Assembly: GCA_903932865.1 (NCBI GenBank)
Contig: CAIZHQ010000020.1
Span: forward strand, 34,001 to 98,000
Source of the DNA: an uncultured Burkholderiales bacterium
GTDB lineage: Bacteria; Pseudomonadota; Gammaproteobacteria; Burkholderiales; Burkholderiaceae_C
DNA length: 64,000 nucleotides
Direction of reading: 5' to 3'
Position numbers and translations under genes: made by a program. Of this stretch, positions 11,136-20,017 are shown piece by piece. Every line of letters starts with the position of its first letter. The stretch's first letter is position 1. Under the pieces are notes generated by a model that was given only the letters and a program-made list of their open reading frames with translations, did no database searches and had not been told where the DNA came from.

Positions 11136-13241
11136 TTAGCCCTGTGCAGGACGGTCCAACAAAGCCTTCATCGACAACTTGATGCGGCCTTTCTCGTCGG
11201 TTTCCATGACCTTGACTTTGACGATCTGGCCTTCGCTCAGGTAGTCGGTCACTTTCTCGACGCGCTCGTGGGCGATTTGGCTGATGTGCAACAAGCCATC
11301 TTTACCGGGCAAGAGGTTGATCAAGGCACCGAAGTCCAAAATCTTGGTGACCGGGCCTTCATAGACCTTGCCGATTTCGACTTCGGCGGTGATCTGCTCG
11401 ATGCGCTTCTTGGCGATGTCGGCCTTTTCGCCGTCGGTGGCCGCGATGGTGATCGTGCCGTCTTCACCGATGTTGATTTGGCAACCGGTTTCTTCGGTCA
11501 GGGCTCGGATGGTTGCGCCGCCCTTGCCGATCACGTCACGGATTTTCTCAGGGTTGATCTTCATGGTGAAGAGTTTGGGGGCAAAGTCCGACACTTCGGT
11601 GTTGGCCGTGCTCATCGCCTCTTGCATTTTGCCCAGAATGTGCATACGCGCTTCTTTGGCTTGGGCCAAAGCGACTTGCATGATCTCTTTGGTGATGCCT
11701 TGGATCTTGATGTCCATCTGCAGCGCGGTGATACCGTTGGTGGTTCCGGCCACTTTGAAGTCCATGTCACCCAGGTGGTCTTCGTCACCCAGGATGTCGG
11801 TCAACACCGCAAAGCGGTTGTCTTCCTTGATCAGGCCCATGGCGATACCGGCCACGTGGGCTTTCATCGGCACACCCGCGTCCATCATCGACAAGCAGCC
11901 GCCGCAGACCGAAGCCATGGACGAAGAACCGTTCGATTCGGTGATCTCGGACACCACACGCACGGTGTAAGGGAACTCTTCTTTGCTCGGCAACACAGCC
12001 GCCAAAGCACGCTTGGCCAGACGGCCGTGGCCGATTTCGCGGCGCTTGGTGCTGCCCATGCGGCCCACTTCGCCAGTGGCAAAGGGAGGCATGTTGTAGT
12101 GAAACATGAAGCGGTCTTCGAACTCGCCAGCCAAAGCGTCAATGCGCTGCGCGTCGCGCTCGGTGCCCAAGGTGGTGATCACCAAAGCCTGGGTTTCACC
12201 ACGTGTGAACAAAGCCGAGCCGTGGGTGCGGGGCAGGACGCTGTTGCGGATTTCGATGGGGCGCACCGTGCGGGTGTCGCGGCCATCGATGCGGGGCTCA
12301 CCGGCCAAAATTTGACTGCGCACGATGCGCGCTTCGATTTCGAACAGCAGGTTGTCGAGCTTGACGGGATCAAACGCCACGCCCTCTTCGGCCAAAGCCA
12401 CTTTGACAGAAGCGTAGGCTTCGCGGCAAGCGTGAGTGCGGGCTTGCTTGTTGCGGATTTGGTAGGCGGCACGCAGCTTTTCTTCGGCGAGTGTGGCCAG
12501 CTTGGCTTCAAAAGCGGTGTCGCGGGCAGGCGCTTGCCAATCCCAGACCGGCTTGCCGGCTTCGCGCACCAGCTCGTGGATCGCGTTGATGGCAATCGCC
12601 GACTGCTCGTGACCGTACACCACACCACCGAGCATGATTTCTTCGGAAAGTTGCAGGGCCTCGGATTCGACCATCAGCACAGCGGCTTCGGTACCAGCCA
12701 CCACCAGGTCCATCACGCTGTCTTTGCGCTGGGTCTGACCTGGGTTGAGCACATATTCGCCGTTGATGTAACCCACGCGGGCCGCGCCGATGGGGCCATT
12801 GAACGGGATGCCCGAGATGGACAAAGCGGCAGACACGGCGATCATCGCGGCGATGTCGGCGTCGACTTCAGGGTTCAAAGACACGGTGTGGATGACCACG
12901 TGCACGTCGTTATAGAAACCTTCGGGGAACAGAGGACGGATGGGGCGGTCGATCAGACGGCTGGTCAGGGTCTCGTGTTCGCTGGGCTTGGCTTCGCGCT
13001 TGAAGAAGCTGCCAGGGATCTTGCCTGCGGCGTAGGTTTTCTCGATGTAATCGACGGTGAGGGGGAAGAAGTCTTGACCGGCTTTGGCGATCTTGGAACC
13101 CACGACGGTGGCCAGCACCACGGTGCCCTCCATGTCGAGCAGCACAGCGCCGCCGGCTTGGCGAGCGACTTCGCCGGTTTCCATCTTGACCGTGTGCTGG
13201 CCCCACTGGAAGGTTTTGGTAACTTTGTTGAAAATGGACAT
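11136..13241 (-). CDS. pnp: polyribonucleotide nucleotidyltransferase (PNPase)
   Basis: ORF trimmed to the ATG at 13239-13241 ([18 protein letters not shown]), which is preceded by AGGAG. Two RNase PH domains plus KH ([15 protein letters not shown]) and S1 ([16 protein letters not shown]) domains. Confidence 0.95.
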   Translation of the reverse strand: MSIFNKVTKTFQWGQHTVKMETGEVARQAGGAVLLDMEGTVVLATVVGSKIAKAGQDFFPLTVDYIEKTYAAGKIPGSFFKREAKPSEHETLTSRLIDRPIRPLFPEGFYNDVHVVIHTVSLNPEVDADIAAMIAVSAALSISGIPFNGPIGAARVGYINGEYVLNPGQTQRKDSVMDLVVAGTEAAVLMVESEALQLSEEIMLGGVVYGHEQSAIAINAIHELVREAGKPVWDWQAPARDTAFEAKLATLAEEKLRAAYQIRNKQARTHACREAYASVKVALAEEGVAFDPVKLDNLLFEIEARIVRSQILAGEPRIDGRDTRTVRPIEIRNSVLPRTHGSALFTRGETQALVITTLGTERDAQRIDALAGEFEDRFMFHYNMPPFATGEVGRMGSTKRREIGHGRLAKRALAAVLPSKEEFPYTVRVVSEITESNGSSSMASVCGGCLSMMDAGVPMKAHVAGIAMGLIKEDNRFAVLTDILGDEDHLGDMDFKVAGTTNGITALQMDIKIQGITKEIMQVALAQAKEARMHILGKMQEAMSTANTEVSDFAPKLFTMKINPEKIRDVIGKGGATIRALTEETGCQINIGEDGTITIAATDGEKADIAKKRIEQITAEVEIGKVYEGPVTKILDFGALINLLPGKDGLLHISQIAHERVEKVTDYLSEGQIVKVKVMETDEKGRIKLSMKALLDRPAQG

Positions 13242-13386
13242 GTTCAGAACTCCTGAAAACAAAAGCGCATGAGGCTGCACTGTGGGCCCGGAAGTTGACG
13301 CTCTGAACTCGATGCCATTCCACAAAACCTTGAACTGAAAGCCTTGTGGAATGACACAGCGCGAGATCGCCCTGACAAATTCCGAA

Positions 13387-13434
13387 GAAAAAAAGAATAA
13401 AGCGCCTGAGCTAGTGAACTAACTCAGGCGCTTT
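13387..13434 (-). terminator. intrinsic terminator after rpsO (also the 5' edge of the pnp leader)
   Basis: Stem AAAGCGCCTGAG (13399-13410) pairs with CTCAGGCGCTTT (13423-13434). On the minus strand it is followed by TTATTCTTTTTTT, and it lies 17 nt downstream of the rpsO stop. Confidence 0.8.
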
Positions 13435-13450
13435 TCATCTGGAGAGACGA

Positions 13451-13717
13451 TTACTTGCGCAGGCCAAGTTTGGCGATCAGAGCAACGTAACGGTCAGCAT
13501 CACGGGACTTGAGGTAGTCCAGCAGTTTGCGGCGACGGCTCACCATGCGCAGCAGACCGCGGCGACCGTGATGGTCTTTGGCGTGTGTTTTGAAGTGAGG
13601 GGTCAGCTCGTTGATGCGAGCTGTCAGCAAAGCCACTTGGACTTCTGGGGAGCCCGTGTCGTTGGCAGCACGTGCGTTGGCCTTGACGACCTCGGCCTTG
13701 ATGGAGGATGCAATCAT
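13451..13717 (-). CDS. rpsO: 30S ribosomal protein S15
   Basis: 88 aa containing [21 protein letters not shown]. Confidence 0.97.
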   Translation of the reverse strand: MIASSIKAEVVKANARAANDTGSPEVQVALLTARINELTPHFKTHAKDHHGRRGLLRMVSRRRKLLDYLKSRDADRYVALIAKLGLRK

Positions 13718-13827
13718 GGTTTTCCTTGTTGTTTCGCTGGATTCAGACGAATTTCAGCGGGTGAATGACTTGCGCCAACGGCCGGAAAAGCCAAAGGCGT
13801 GCGCTTTGCAAATCGCAAAACAGCCGG

Positions 13828-13833
13828 ATTATA
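13828..13833 (-). promoter_or_regulatory. candidate -10 box (TATAAT) for rpsO
   Basis: The minus strand reads gggcTATAATccggc about 110 nt upstream of the rpsO ATG. I found no good -35, so this is tentative. Confidence 0.3.
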
Positions 13834-13863
13834 GCCCGAAACATGGTCTCACTTGACTCCTGA

Positions 13864-14388
13864 CCGCATACCACCTTCAACCTCCGCACGCCCAACTGGC
13901 GGCGCACACAAACCAGCAGCGATCAAGGTCTGCGCAAGCCCTTGTGTCAAGACTGGCAATCATGAAGTTCACCCGCTGGTTGATCTCCCACTTCTGACCG
14001 ATCACCACCGAGTCATGCCAGACCCAGCTTGCCTGAGGCCTCTATCAAGTTATTGATGAATTTAAAACAACCCATTTAAGATAAAAATAAATATAAATGT
14101 ATGAATTTTCGGGAAAACTTCTACTTCCACGCCTTCAAACACCACCCTGATCCAGCCACCCGGGCTGCTTGAACAGCGCCAAGTGTCATCTTGGCTCGCA
14201 GTTCAAGATGGCAAATGGTTCAACGGCCATTGAAAAACAATGATGCCCCTGGGCAAAACATCTGCATCGATCCCAGGGCCGAAATGGTGATTGTTCGCAA
14301 CGCCTCGCACCCCGTTTCGGCCAACATCGCCAACGATGTGCCCACCCTGCCCGCGCACCATGCAATGGCGCTGGCTTTGTTGGCGTGA
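13864..14388 (+). pseudogene. 5'-truncated, frameshifted remnant of a beta-lactamase-family serine hydrolase
   Basis: Three different + frames give pieces that line up by eye with the C-terminal third of the intact hydrolase at 40735-41865. The first piece is ..SSDQGLRKPLCQDWQS* (compare AGLAMTLRDWGR). The second is SSWLAVQDGKWFNGH*. The third is ..APGQNICIDPRAEMVIVRNASHP.. (compare GAGGQYIGIDPNTDRILVVSSYD). No N-terminal SxxK part is present. Confidence 0.45.
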
Positions 14389-14431
14389 AGGCCTGATAGG
14401 GCCGCCCGAAGCCCGATAAAATCAGTTGCTT

Positions 14432-15880
14432 ATGACAAACCAACTCGACACCAAATCGCAAGCGTGGTCCGCGCTCTTTTCCGAACCCATGAGCGAGTTG
14501 GTCAAGCGCTACACCGCCAGCGTGTTCTTCGACAAGCGCCTGTGGCAAGCCGATATCACCGGCAGCTTGGCCCACGCCGAGATGCTGGCGGCGCAAAACA
14601 TCATTGCCGCCCAAGACCTGGCCGACATCCAGCGCGGCATGGCGCAAATCACCCAAGAAATCGAGTCCGGCGCTTTTGAATGGAAGCTCGACCTGGAAGA
14701 TGTGCACCTGAACATCGAGGCCCGCCTGACCCAGTTGGTGGGCGATGCGGGCAAGCGCCTGCACACTGGGCGCAGCCGCAACGACCAGGTGGCCACCGAT
14801 GTGCGACTGTGGCTGCGCGGCGAGATGGATTTGATCATCGGCTTGCTGACCGACCTGCAAAAGTCGCTGGTCGATGTGGCCGAGCGCAATGTCGAAGTCA
14901 TCATGCCTGGCTTCACCCACCTGCAAGTGGCCCAGCCCGTGAGCTTTGCGCACCACCTGCTGGCCTATGTGGAAATGTTTGCCCGGGATGCCGAGCGCAT
15001 GATCGACGTGCGCCGCCGCACCAACCGCCTGCCGCTGGGCAGCGCCGCCTTGGCCGGCACCACCTACCCGCTGGACCGCGAGCGCGTGGCCCGTCGCTTG
15101 GGCATGGTCGATGAGGCGGGCAACCCGCAGGTCTGCCAAAACAGCCTGGACGGCGTGAGCGACCGAGACTTCGCCATCGAATTCACCGCAGCAGCTTCTC
15201 TTTGCATGGTCCACATCAGCCGCTTCTCAGAAGAGTTGATTTTGTGGATGAGCCAAAACTTTGGCTTTGTGCGCATTGCCGACCGCTTCACCACCGGCTC
15301 GTCCATCATGCCGCAGAAGAAAAACCCGGACGTGCCCGAGCTGGCGCGCGGCAAAACTGGGCGAGTGGTCGGCCACCTGATGGGCCTGATCACCCTGATG
15401 AAGGGCCAGCCCCTGGCCTACAACAAGGACAACCAGGAAGACAAAGAACCGCTGTTCGACACGGTGGACACGCTCAAGGACACACTGCGCATCTTCAGCG
15501 AAATGGTGGGCGGTCAGGTCAACTCCGCCACAGGCCAAAAAGAAGGCGGCATCACGGTGAATGTGGCCTCCATGGAAGCCGCTGTGAAAAAGGGCTACGC
15601 CACCGCCACCGACCTGGCCGACTACTTGGTCAAAAAGGGATTGCCCTTCCGCGACGCGCACGAAGTGGTGGCGCACGCGGTCAAGACCGCACAAGGCCTG
15701 GGCGTCGACCTGTCCGAACTGCCACTGGAAATTCTGCAAAAATTCGATGGTCGCATCGAAGCCGATGTGTTCGGTCCGCTCAGCCTTCAAGGGTCCTTGA
15801 ATGCCCGCAACACCTTGGGCGGTACCGCACCTGCGCAGGTGCGACTGCAGATTGCAAGGCACCGCAGCCGCCTGGGCTGA
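14432..15880 (+). CDS. argH: argininosuccinate lyase
   Basis: The ORF-track start at 14426 is TTG; I use the ATG at 14432. Motifs: [12 protein letters not shown] and [12 protein letters not shown] (fumarate-lyase signature). Confidence 0.95.
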   Translation: MTNQLDTKSQAWSALFSEPMSELVKRYTASVFFDKRLWQADITGSLAHAEMLAAQNIIAAQDLADIQRGMAQITQEIESGAFEWKLDLEDVHLNIEARLTQLVGDAGKRLHTGRSRNDQVATDVRLWLRGEMDLIIGLLTDLQKSLVDVAERNVEVIMPGFTHLQVAQPVSFAHHLLAYVEMFARDAERMIDVRRRTNRLPLGSAALAGTTYPLDRERVARRLGMVDEAGNPQVCQNSLDGVSDRDFAIEFTAAASLCMVHISRFSEELILWMSQNFGFVRIADRFTTGSSIMPQKKNPDVPELARGKTGRVVGHLMGLITLMKGQPLAYNKDNQEDKEPLFDTVDTLKDTLRIFSEMVGGQVNSATGQKEGGITVNVASMEAAVKKGYATATDLADYLVKKGLPFRDAHEVVAHAVKTAQGLGVDLSELPLEILQKFDGRIEADVFGPLSLQGSLNARNTLGGTAPAQVRLQIARHRSRLG

Positions 15881-15889
15881 TCACCTGCC

Positions 15890-16618
15890 TTATTTTTTCT
15901 GCACCGGATTGGCCAACAGCAAGTGGGCCGGGTAGGCCCGCATGAACTCGCGGGCTTTTTCAAGCGGGGCACTGAGCCAAGCACCATAGGCGCCCTCGTT
16001 CAAGATCGCGGGCATGCGTTTTTCGTTGCCGTTTTGGCCATAACGGTTCATCAAAGCGTGGCTGTTGGCATTCACCGTGAGCAGGGTGTAGCTGATGATT
16101 TCATCGTCGCCTTGGGTCCAGCGTTCCCACAGTCCCGCCACCCCAATCGGCTTGCCGTCCACCCGTGCAATGCGCGTGGGCAAGGCTTTGCGGCTGCGCC
16201 AGTCGTCTTCTAAAAATGCTTGCATCGGGATGATGCAGCGCTGGCCTTTGAGCCAGGTCTCGCGCGTGGCCGTGGCGGTGCTCATGGTTTCGTAACGGGT
16301 CACGGCCAACTTGGTGGATCGCAGCTTGGCGTCAGACGCCGATTTGACCCAGGTAGGCACCAGACCGAATTGGCCTTGGGCCAGTTCCATCCCCAACGGG
16401 CTGGCGGGGACTGAATCGGGGGCAGCGCCCACTTCAGACTCTGGGGCGGCTTCAGTGGCTGGCTCCGGGCCTTGCTCTGCCGCCACAAACACTTTTCGGA
16501 TGAAAAAACCCGGCTGGCGCGGCCAGACTTCCTTGCCCAGCAAAGCGGCTGGCGGGGCGATGCCAAAGGCCTCGGCGTACAGGTCGGGGCTTTTCAGACA
16601 TTCGTATTGGGTGCTCAT
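15890..16618 (-). CDS. SRAP (SOS-response-associated peptidase/YedK, DUF159)-fold protein, non-canonical (no N-terminal Cys)
   Basis: 242 aa with the motifs GLVPTW, RCIIPMQAFLEDDW, GVAGLWERW, SYTLLT and RMPAIL..WL. It starts MSTQYEC rather than MCGR. Confidence 0.8.
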   Translation of the reverse strand: MSTQYECLKSPDLYAEAFGIAPPAALLGKEVWPRQPGFFIRKVFVAAEQGPEPATEAAPESEVGAAPDSVPASPLGMELAQGQFGLVPTWVKSASDAKLRSTKLAVTRYETMSTATATRETWLKGQRCIIPMQAFLEDDWRSRKALPTRIARVDGKPIGVAGLWERWTQGDDEIISYTLLTVNANSHALMNRYGQNGNEKRMPAILNEGAYGAWLSAPLEKAREFMRAYPAHLLLANPVQKK

Positions 16619-16714
16619 GCAGGGATGCTAACCCACGCCTCATTGGACGCCATCCCCTGTCGGACCTGATACGCTCACGGCCTTGCGCCACGCCCTGCCT
16701 CTGATGACCTGCCC

Positions 16715-17245
16715 ATGCTGATCCGTTTCAACAAGCCCTATGGCGTGCTCAGCCAGTTCACCCCCGAGGGGCGTTGGCAGGGGCTCAAGGACCACATCGA
16801 CCTGCCTGGGGTGTACGTGGCGGGACGGTTGGACGCCGACAGCGAAGGCCTGCTGCTGCTGACCGATGACGGCCAACAACAAGCGCGCATCGCCGACCCG
16901 CGCTTCAAGATGGAGAAAACCTATTGGGTCCAAGTCGAGGGGGTGTTGACCGATCAAGCGCTGACCGCGTTGGCCCGGGGCGTGACGCTGAACGACGGCC
17001 CCACCCTGCCCGCCCGCGCCCGCGCTGTTGAGCCCCCTGCCGACCTGTGGCCGCGCAACCCACCGATTCGCGAGCGGCAAAGCATTCCCACCTCATGGCT
17101 GGAATTGACCATCAGAGAGGGCCGCAACCGCCAAGTGCGGCGCATGACCGCCGCTGTGGGCTTGCCCACGCTGCGCCTGATCCGCACCGCCGTGGGGCCT
17201 TACAAGCTGGATGGCCTGCCTACAGGCACCTGGCAACAAGTCTGA
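16715..17245 (+). CDS. rluE: 23S rRNA pseudouridine synthase, RsuA/RluE family without S4 domain
   Basis: 176 aa, starting [15 protein letters not shown]. It has the catalytic [14 protein letters not shown] and also GRNRQVRRM. Confidence 0.85.
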   Translation: MLIRFNKPYGVLSQFTPEGRWQGLKDHIDLPGVYVAGRLDADSEGLLLLTDDGQQQARIADPRFKMEKTYWVQVEGVLTDQALTALARGVTLNDGPTLPARARAVEPPADLWPRNPPIRERQSIPTSWLELTIREGRNRQVRRMTAAVGLPTLRLIRTAVGPYKLDGLPTGTWQQV

Positions 17246-17334
17246 GCTCCGGGCATTGGCTTGCGCCAACGCAACACCCTGGCCCCGCGTCTTACTGCAC
17301 AATCGCGCATCTTTTAAACCCTTAGGGAAATCGC

Positions 17335-17973
17335 ATGTCTGACTTGCTGAACAAACTCGAATGGCGCTACGCCTGTAAAAAAATGGACCCGACGAAAGTC
17401 GTGCCCCAAGACAAAATCGATCGCATTGTGGAAGCCGCGCGCCTGGCCCCCACCTCCAGCGGTCTGCAGCCTTTTGAAATTTTCGTGGTGACCAACGCCG
17501 CCATGCGCGAACAAATCAAATCCAAGGCCAATGGCCAGGCCCAGATCACCGACGGCTCGCACCTGCTGGTGTTTGCCGCCTGGAACAATTACACGGCCGA
17601 ACGCATCAACATGATGTTCGACCTGACCAATGCGCAGCGCGGCGGCACCAACGAAGGCTGGGAAAACTACCGCCAGATGTTGCTCAAGAACTACCCGGCC
17701 CGCACGCCCGAGGTGAACTACGAGCACGCGGCGCGCCAGGCCTACATCGGTTTGGGCGCAGCCTTGATCGCTGCGGCGTTTGAAGAAGTCGACGCCACGC
17801 CCATGGAAGGCTTTAACCCCAAAGCGGTGGATGAGATCATGGGCCTGAGCGCTCGCGGCCTGCGCAGCGTGGTCCTCGTGCCCCTGGGTTACCGCGCGGC
17901 CGAAGGCGACTGGCTGGAGAACCTGAAAAAAGTGCGCCGCCCCACCGCGCAGTTTGTGACCGAAGTCAAATAA
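17335..17973 (+). CDS. NAD(P)H nitroreductase family protein
   Basis: 212 aa with the nitroreductase-fold N-terminus RYACKKMDPTKVVPQDKIDRIVEAARLAPTSSGLQPFEIFVV. Confidence 0.85.
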   Translation: MSDLLNKLEWRYACKKMDPTKVVPQDKIDRIVEAARLAPTSSGLQPFEIFVVTNAAMREQIKSKANGQAQITDGSHLLVFAAWNNYTAERINMMFDLTNAQRGGTNEGWENYRQMLLKNYPARTPEVNYEHAARQAYIGLGAALIAAAFEEVDATPMEGFNPKAVDEIMGLSARGLRSVVLVPLGYRAAEGDWLENLKKVRRPTAQFVTEVK

Positions 17974-18011
17974 AGGCCGCGTCCGCTGAAAGCGGGCAGC
18001 TTTCATAGCCC

Positions 18012-18040
18012 CACAAAGCCGCAGATTCTGCGGCTTTGTG
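18012..18040 (+). terminator. hairpin terminator candidate after the nitroreductase gene
   Basis: A perfect 12-bp stem, CACAAAGCCGCA / TGCGGCTTTGTG, with loop GATTC. It is followed by CTTTAA, which is only a weak U-tract. Confidence 0.55.
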
Positions 18041-18088
18041 CTTTAACATCAAGCCTTCCCAAGTCGGGATGCAACCCAAGGAAACACC

Positions 18089-18229
18089 ATGGCCAAAGGC
18101 GAACAACGCAGCAACAAAATGGCCAAGAAGCCCAAGAAGGACACCGCGCCCCCCAAGACCTTCACCTCCGACCGCCCCATGGCCCCATCCACCTTTGTGG
18201 CCCCTCGCGGCAAAGTCAAAGACAAGTGA
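18089..18229 (+). CDS. small lysine-rich hypothetical protein (46 aa)
   Basis: Not in the ORF track because it is under 60 aa. AAGGAA lies 6 nt upstream of the ATG. Sequence: MAKGEQRSNKMAKKPKKDTAPPKTFTSDRPMAPSTFVAPRGKVKDK. Third codon positions are mostly G/C, as in neighbouring genes. Confidence 0.5.
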   Translation: MAKGEQRSNKMAKKPKKDTAPPKTFTSDRPMAPSTFVAPRGKVKDK

Positions 18230-18269
18230 TTTTTTCGGTCAAGCGCCCTGCTCGCCTGGCCTGCCCCGC

Positions 18270-18947
18270 ATGACCCCGATCCACGAAGACGAGCACCTGC
18301 TGGTGCTGGACAAACCCAGCGGATTGCTGTCTGTGCCTGGACGCGGCCCAGACAAGCAAGACTGCCTGTCCAAACGGGTGCAGGACCGCTACCCCGACGC
18401 CCTGATCGTGCACCGCCTGGACCAGGACACCTCGGGCCTGCTGCTCATGGCCCGGGGCATCGAAGCGCAGCGCCGCCTGAGCAAGCTGTTTGAAACCCGC
18501 CAAGTCAAAAAACGCTACGTGGCCGTGGTGACCGGGCAGCCAGAGCACACACAATCTGCCGAAGTGACTGACGACGACGGCTGGCGCACCATCGACGGCC
18601 CGATCCTGCTGGACTGGGAACGCCGCCCGCTGCACATCATCCACCAAGGCGGCAAAGCCAGTCGCAGCCGCTGGCGGGCCCTGCAAACCAGCGACAGCGC
18701 CAGCCTGATCGAGCTCGAGCCTGTCACGGGACGCACCCACCAGTTGCGCGTTCACCTCCAAAGTATCGGTCACCCGATGCTGGGCGACACGCTGTACGCA
18801 CCTCTGGACATCAAGGCGCTGAGCCCCCGCTTGCTGCTGCACGCACAAGAACTGGCCTTTTTGCACCCTTTTACCGAGCAAGCTCTGGCATTCAAGGCCC
18901 CGGTGCAGTGGTCGGCCACGGCACCATACATCCCACTCCAGCCCTGA
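18270..18947 (+). CDS. rluA: RluA-family pseudouridine synthase
   Basis: ORF 18036..18947 trimmed to MTPIHEDEHLLVLDKPSGLLSVPGR. It has the catalytic HRLDQDTSGLLLMA and also TGRTHQLRVH. It resembles E. coli RluA, as far as I recall that sequence. Confidence 0.85.
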   Translation: MTPIHEDEHLLVLDKPSGLLSVPGRGPDKQDCLSKRVQDRYPDALIVHRLDQDTSGLLLMARGIEAQRRLSKLFETRQVKKRYVAVVTGQPEHTQSAEVTDDDGWRTIDGPILLDWERRPLHIIHQGGKASRSRWRALQTSDSASLIELEPVTGRTHQLRVHLQSIGHPMLGDTLYAPLDIKALSPRLLLHAQELAFLHPFTEQALAFKAPVQWSATAPYIPLQP

Positions 18948-18951
18948 GCGC

Positions 18952-19851
18952 TCAGTTTTTGCCTGCGCCCTGAATGCGGCTGGACACCACGCCGCACAGC
19001 ACCACCAGGCCCATGCCCGTGAAGGCCAGCGCGTCGGGCATGTGGTCAAACAACCACCAGCCCATCAGCGTTGAAAAGCCCACCCCGGTGTAGAGAAAAG
19101 GCGAGACCACTGCGGCCGGGGCTTTGGAAAAGGCCACGATCAGCAGGTACTGACCCAGCGTGGCCGCCAGGCCCACCAAGAGCAAGAGCGCCCATTCCTG
19201 CCCACTTTGCGGCGTGACCCAGGCGTTGAACACAAGAAGCGTGCTCACCGCCCAGCCCACCCAACCGGTATACAGCTGCATCACGGCCGGGTCTTCGGTA
19301 CGCGTCATGTGGCTGGTCACGGCTTGAAACACGGCGTAGGTCAGCACCACCGTGAGCGCCATCCAGCCCACCGAACTGTCGACCTGCCCACCCGGGCGAA
19401 TGACCAGCAAGGCCCCGATCAGCCCGCCCAGAACCATGAGCCAGCGCAATGGCGAGACAGGCTCTTTCATGACGAATCGGGCCAAGCCTGTGAGCACCAA
19501 GGGTGTGAGCATGACGATGGCAGTGAACTCGGCCACCGGCATGCGCTGCAAACAGTAAAAGGCCAGCAGGCTGCACGTGACCATGAGCAGACCGCGCAGC
19601 AACTGCCAACGCAGGCTGTGCGTGCGCCACATGGCCCCTCCCCGCAGCGGGGCCAGCACCAGCGCGGTGCCCAGGGCCTGCACCGCGTAGCGAAACCACA
19701 GCACCATCACAGGCGTGACGCTGAGCATGACCCACTTGCTGGTGGCGTCGCTGAAACTCAGGCTGGCCATGGCCAGCACGGCAAAAAAGATGCCGTGGCC
19801 CGCCCAGGCGACTTGGACCGGTGATTGGATGGCGTTTGGTGGGTGACGCAA
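18952..19851 (-). CDS. DMT-superfamily (EamA-like) transporter
   Basis: 299 aa with about 10 hydrophobic segments and two EamA-like halves. The annotated start is TTG, so the exact start is uncertain. Confidence 0.8.
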   Translation of the reverse strand: MRHPPNAIQSPVQVAWAGHGIFFAVLAMASLSFSDATSKWVMLSVTPVMVLWFRYAVQALGTALVLAPLRGGAMWRTHSLRWQLLRGLLMVTCSLLAFYCLQRMPVAEFTAIVMLTPLVLTGLARFVMKEPVSPLRWLMVLGGLIGALLVIRPGGQVDSSVGWMALTVVLTYAVFQAVTSHMTRTEDPAVMQLYTGWVGWAVSTLLVFNAWVTPQSGQEWALLLLVGLAATLGQYLLIVAFSKAPAAVVSPFLYTGVGFSTLMGWWLFDHMPDALAFTGMGLVVLCGVVSSRIQGAGKN

Positions 19852-20017
19852 GCTCTATCCCAAGAGTGATGGGGCTGATTTTTGCATGGCGGCCCTGTAC
19901 CCACAGTCACCTGTGCTAAGGGGCGCCGGGGGCCGTTCACCGACACGAACATGACGACTCGGGCTCCAAGTCATTCGCCCGATAAAATAGCCTGCTTTGC
20001 ACTGGGTCCATTCGTTC

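Noticed and set aside
14041-14120. The AT-rich patch considered as a dif site, replication-related element or insertion-sequence end.
   Set aside because: It has no similarity to the XerC/D dif consensus (no ATAA-N6-TTAT-type dyad), no DnaA-box cluster, and no inverted repeats or transposase. A TTGATG-N17-TAAGAT promoter-like pair exists, but it lies 330 nt from argH, so I am not calling it.
16619-16714. A possible LexA (SOS) box upstream of the SRAP-like gene.
   Set aside because: The only candidate is CTGTCGGACCTGATAC. Its right arm is ATAC rather than ACAG, so it does not fit CTGT-N8-ACAG.
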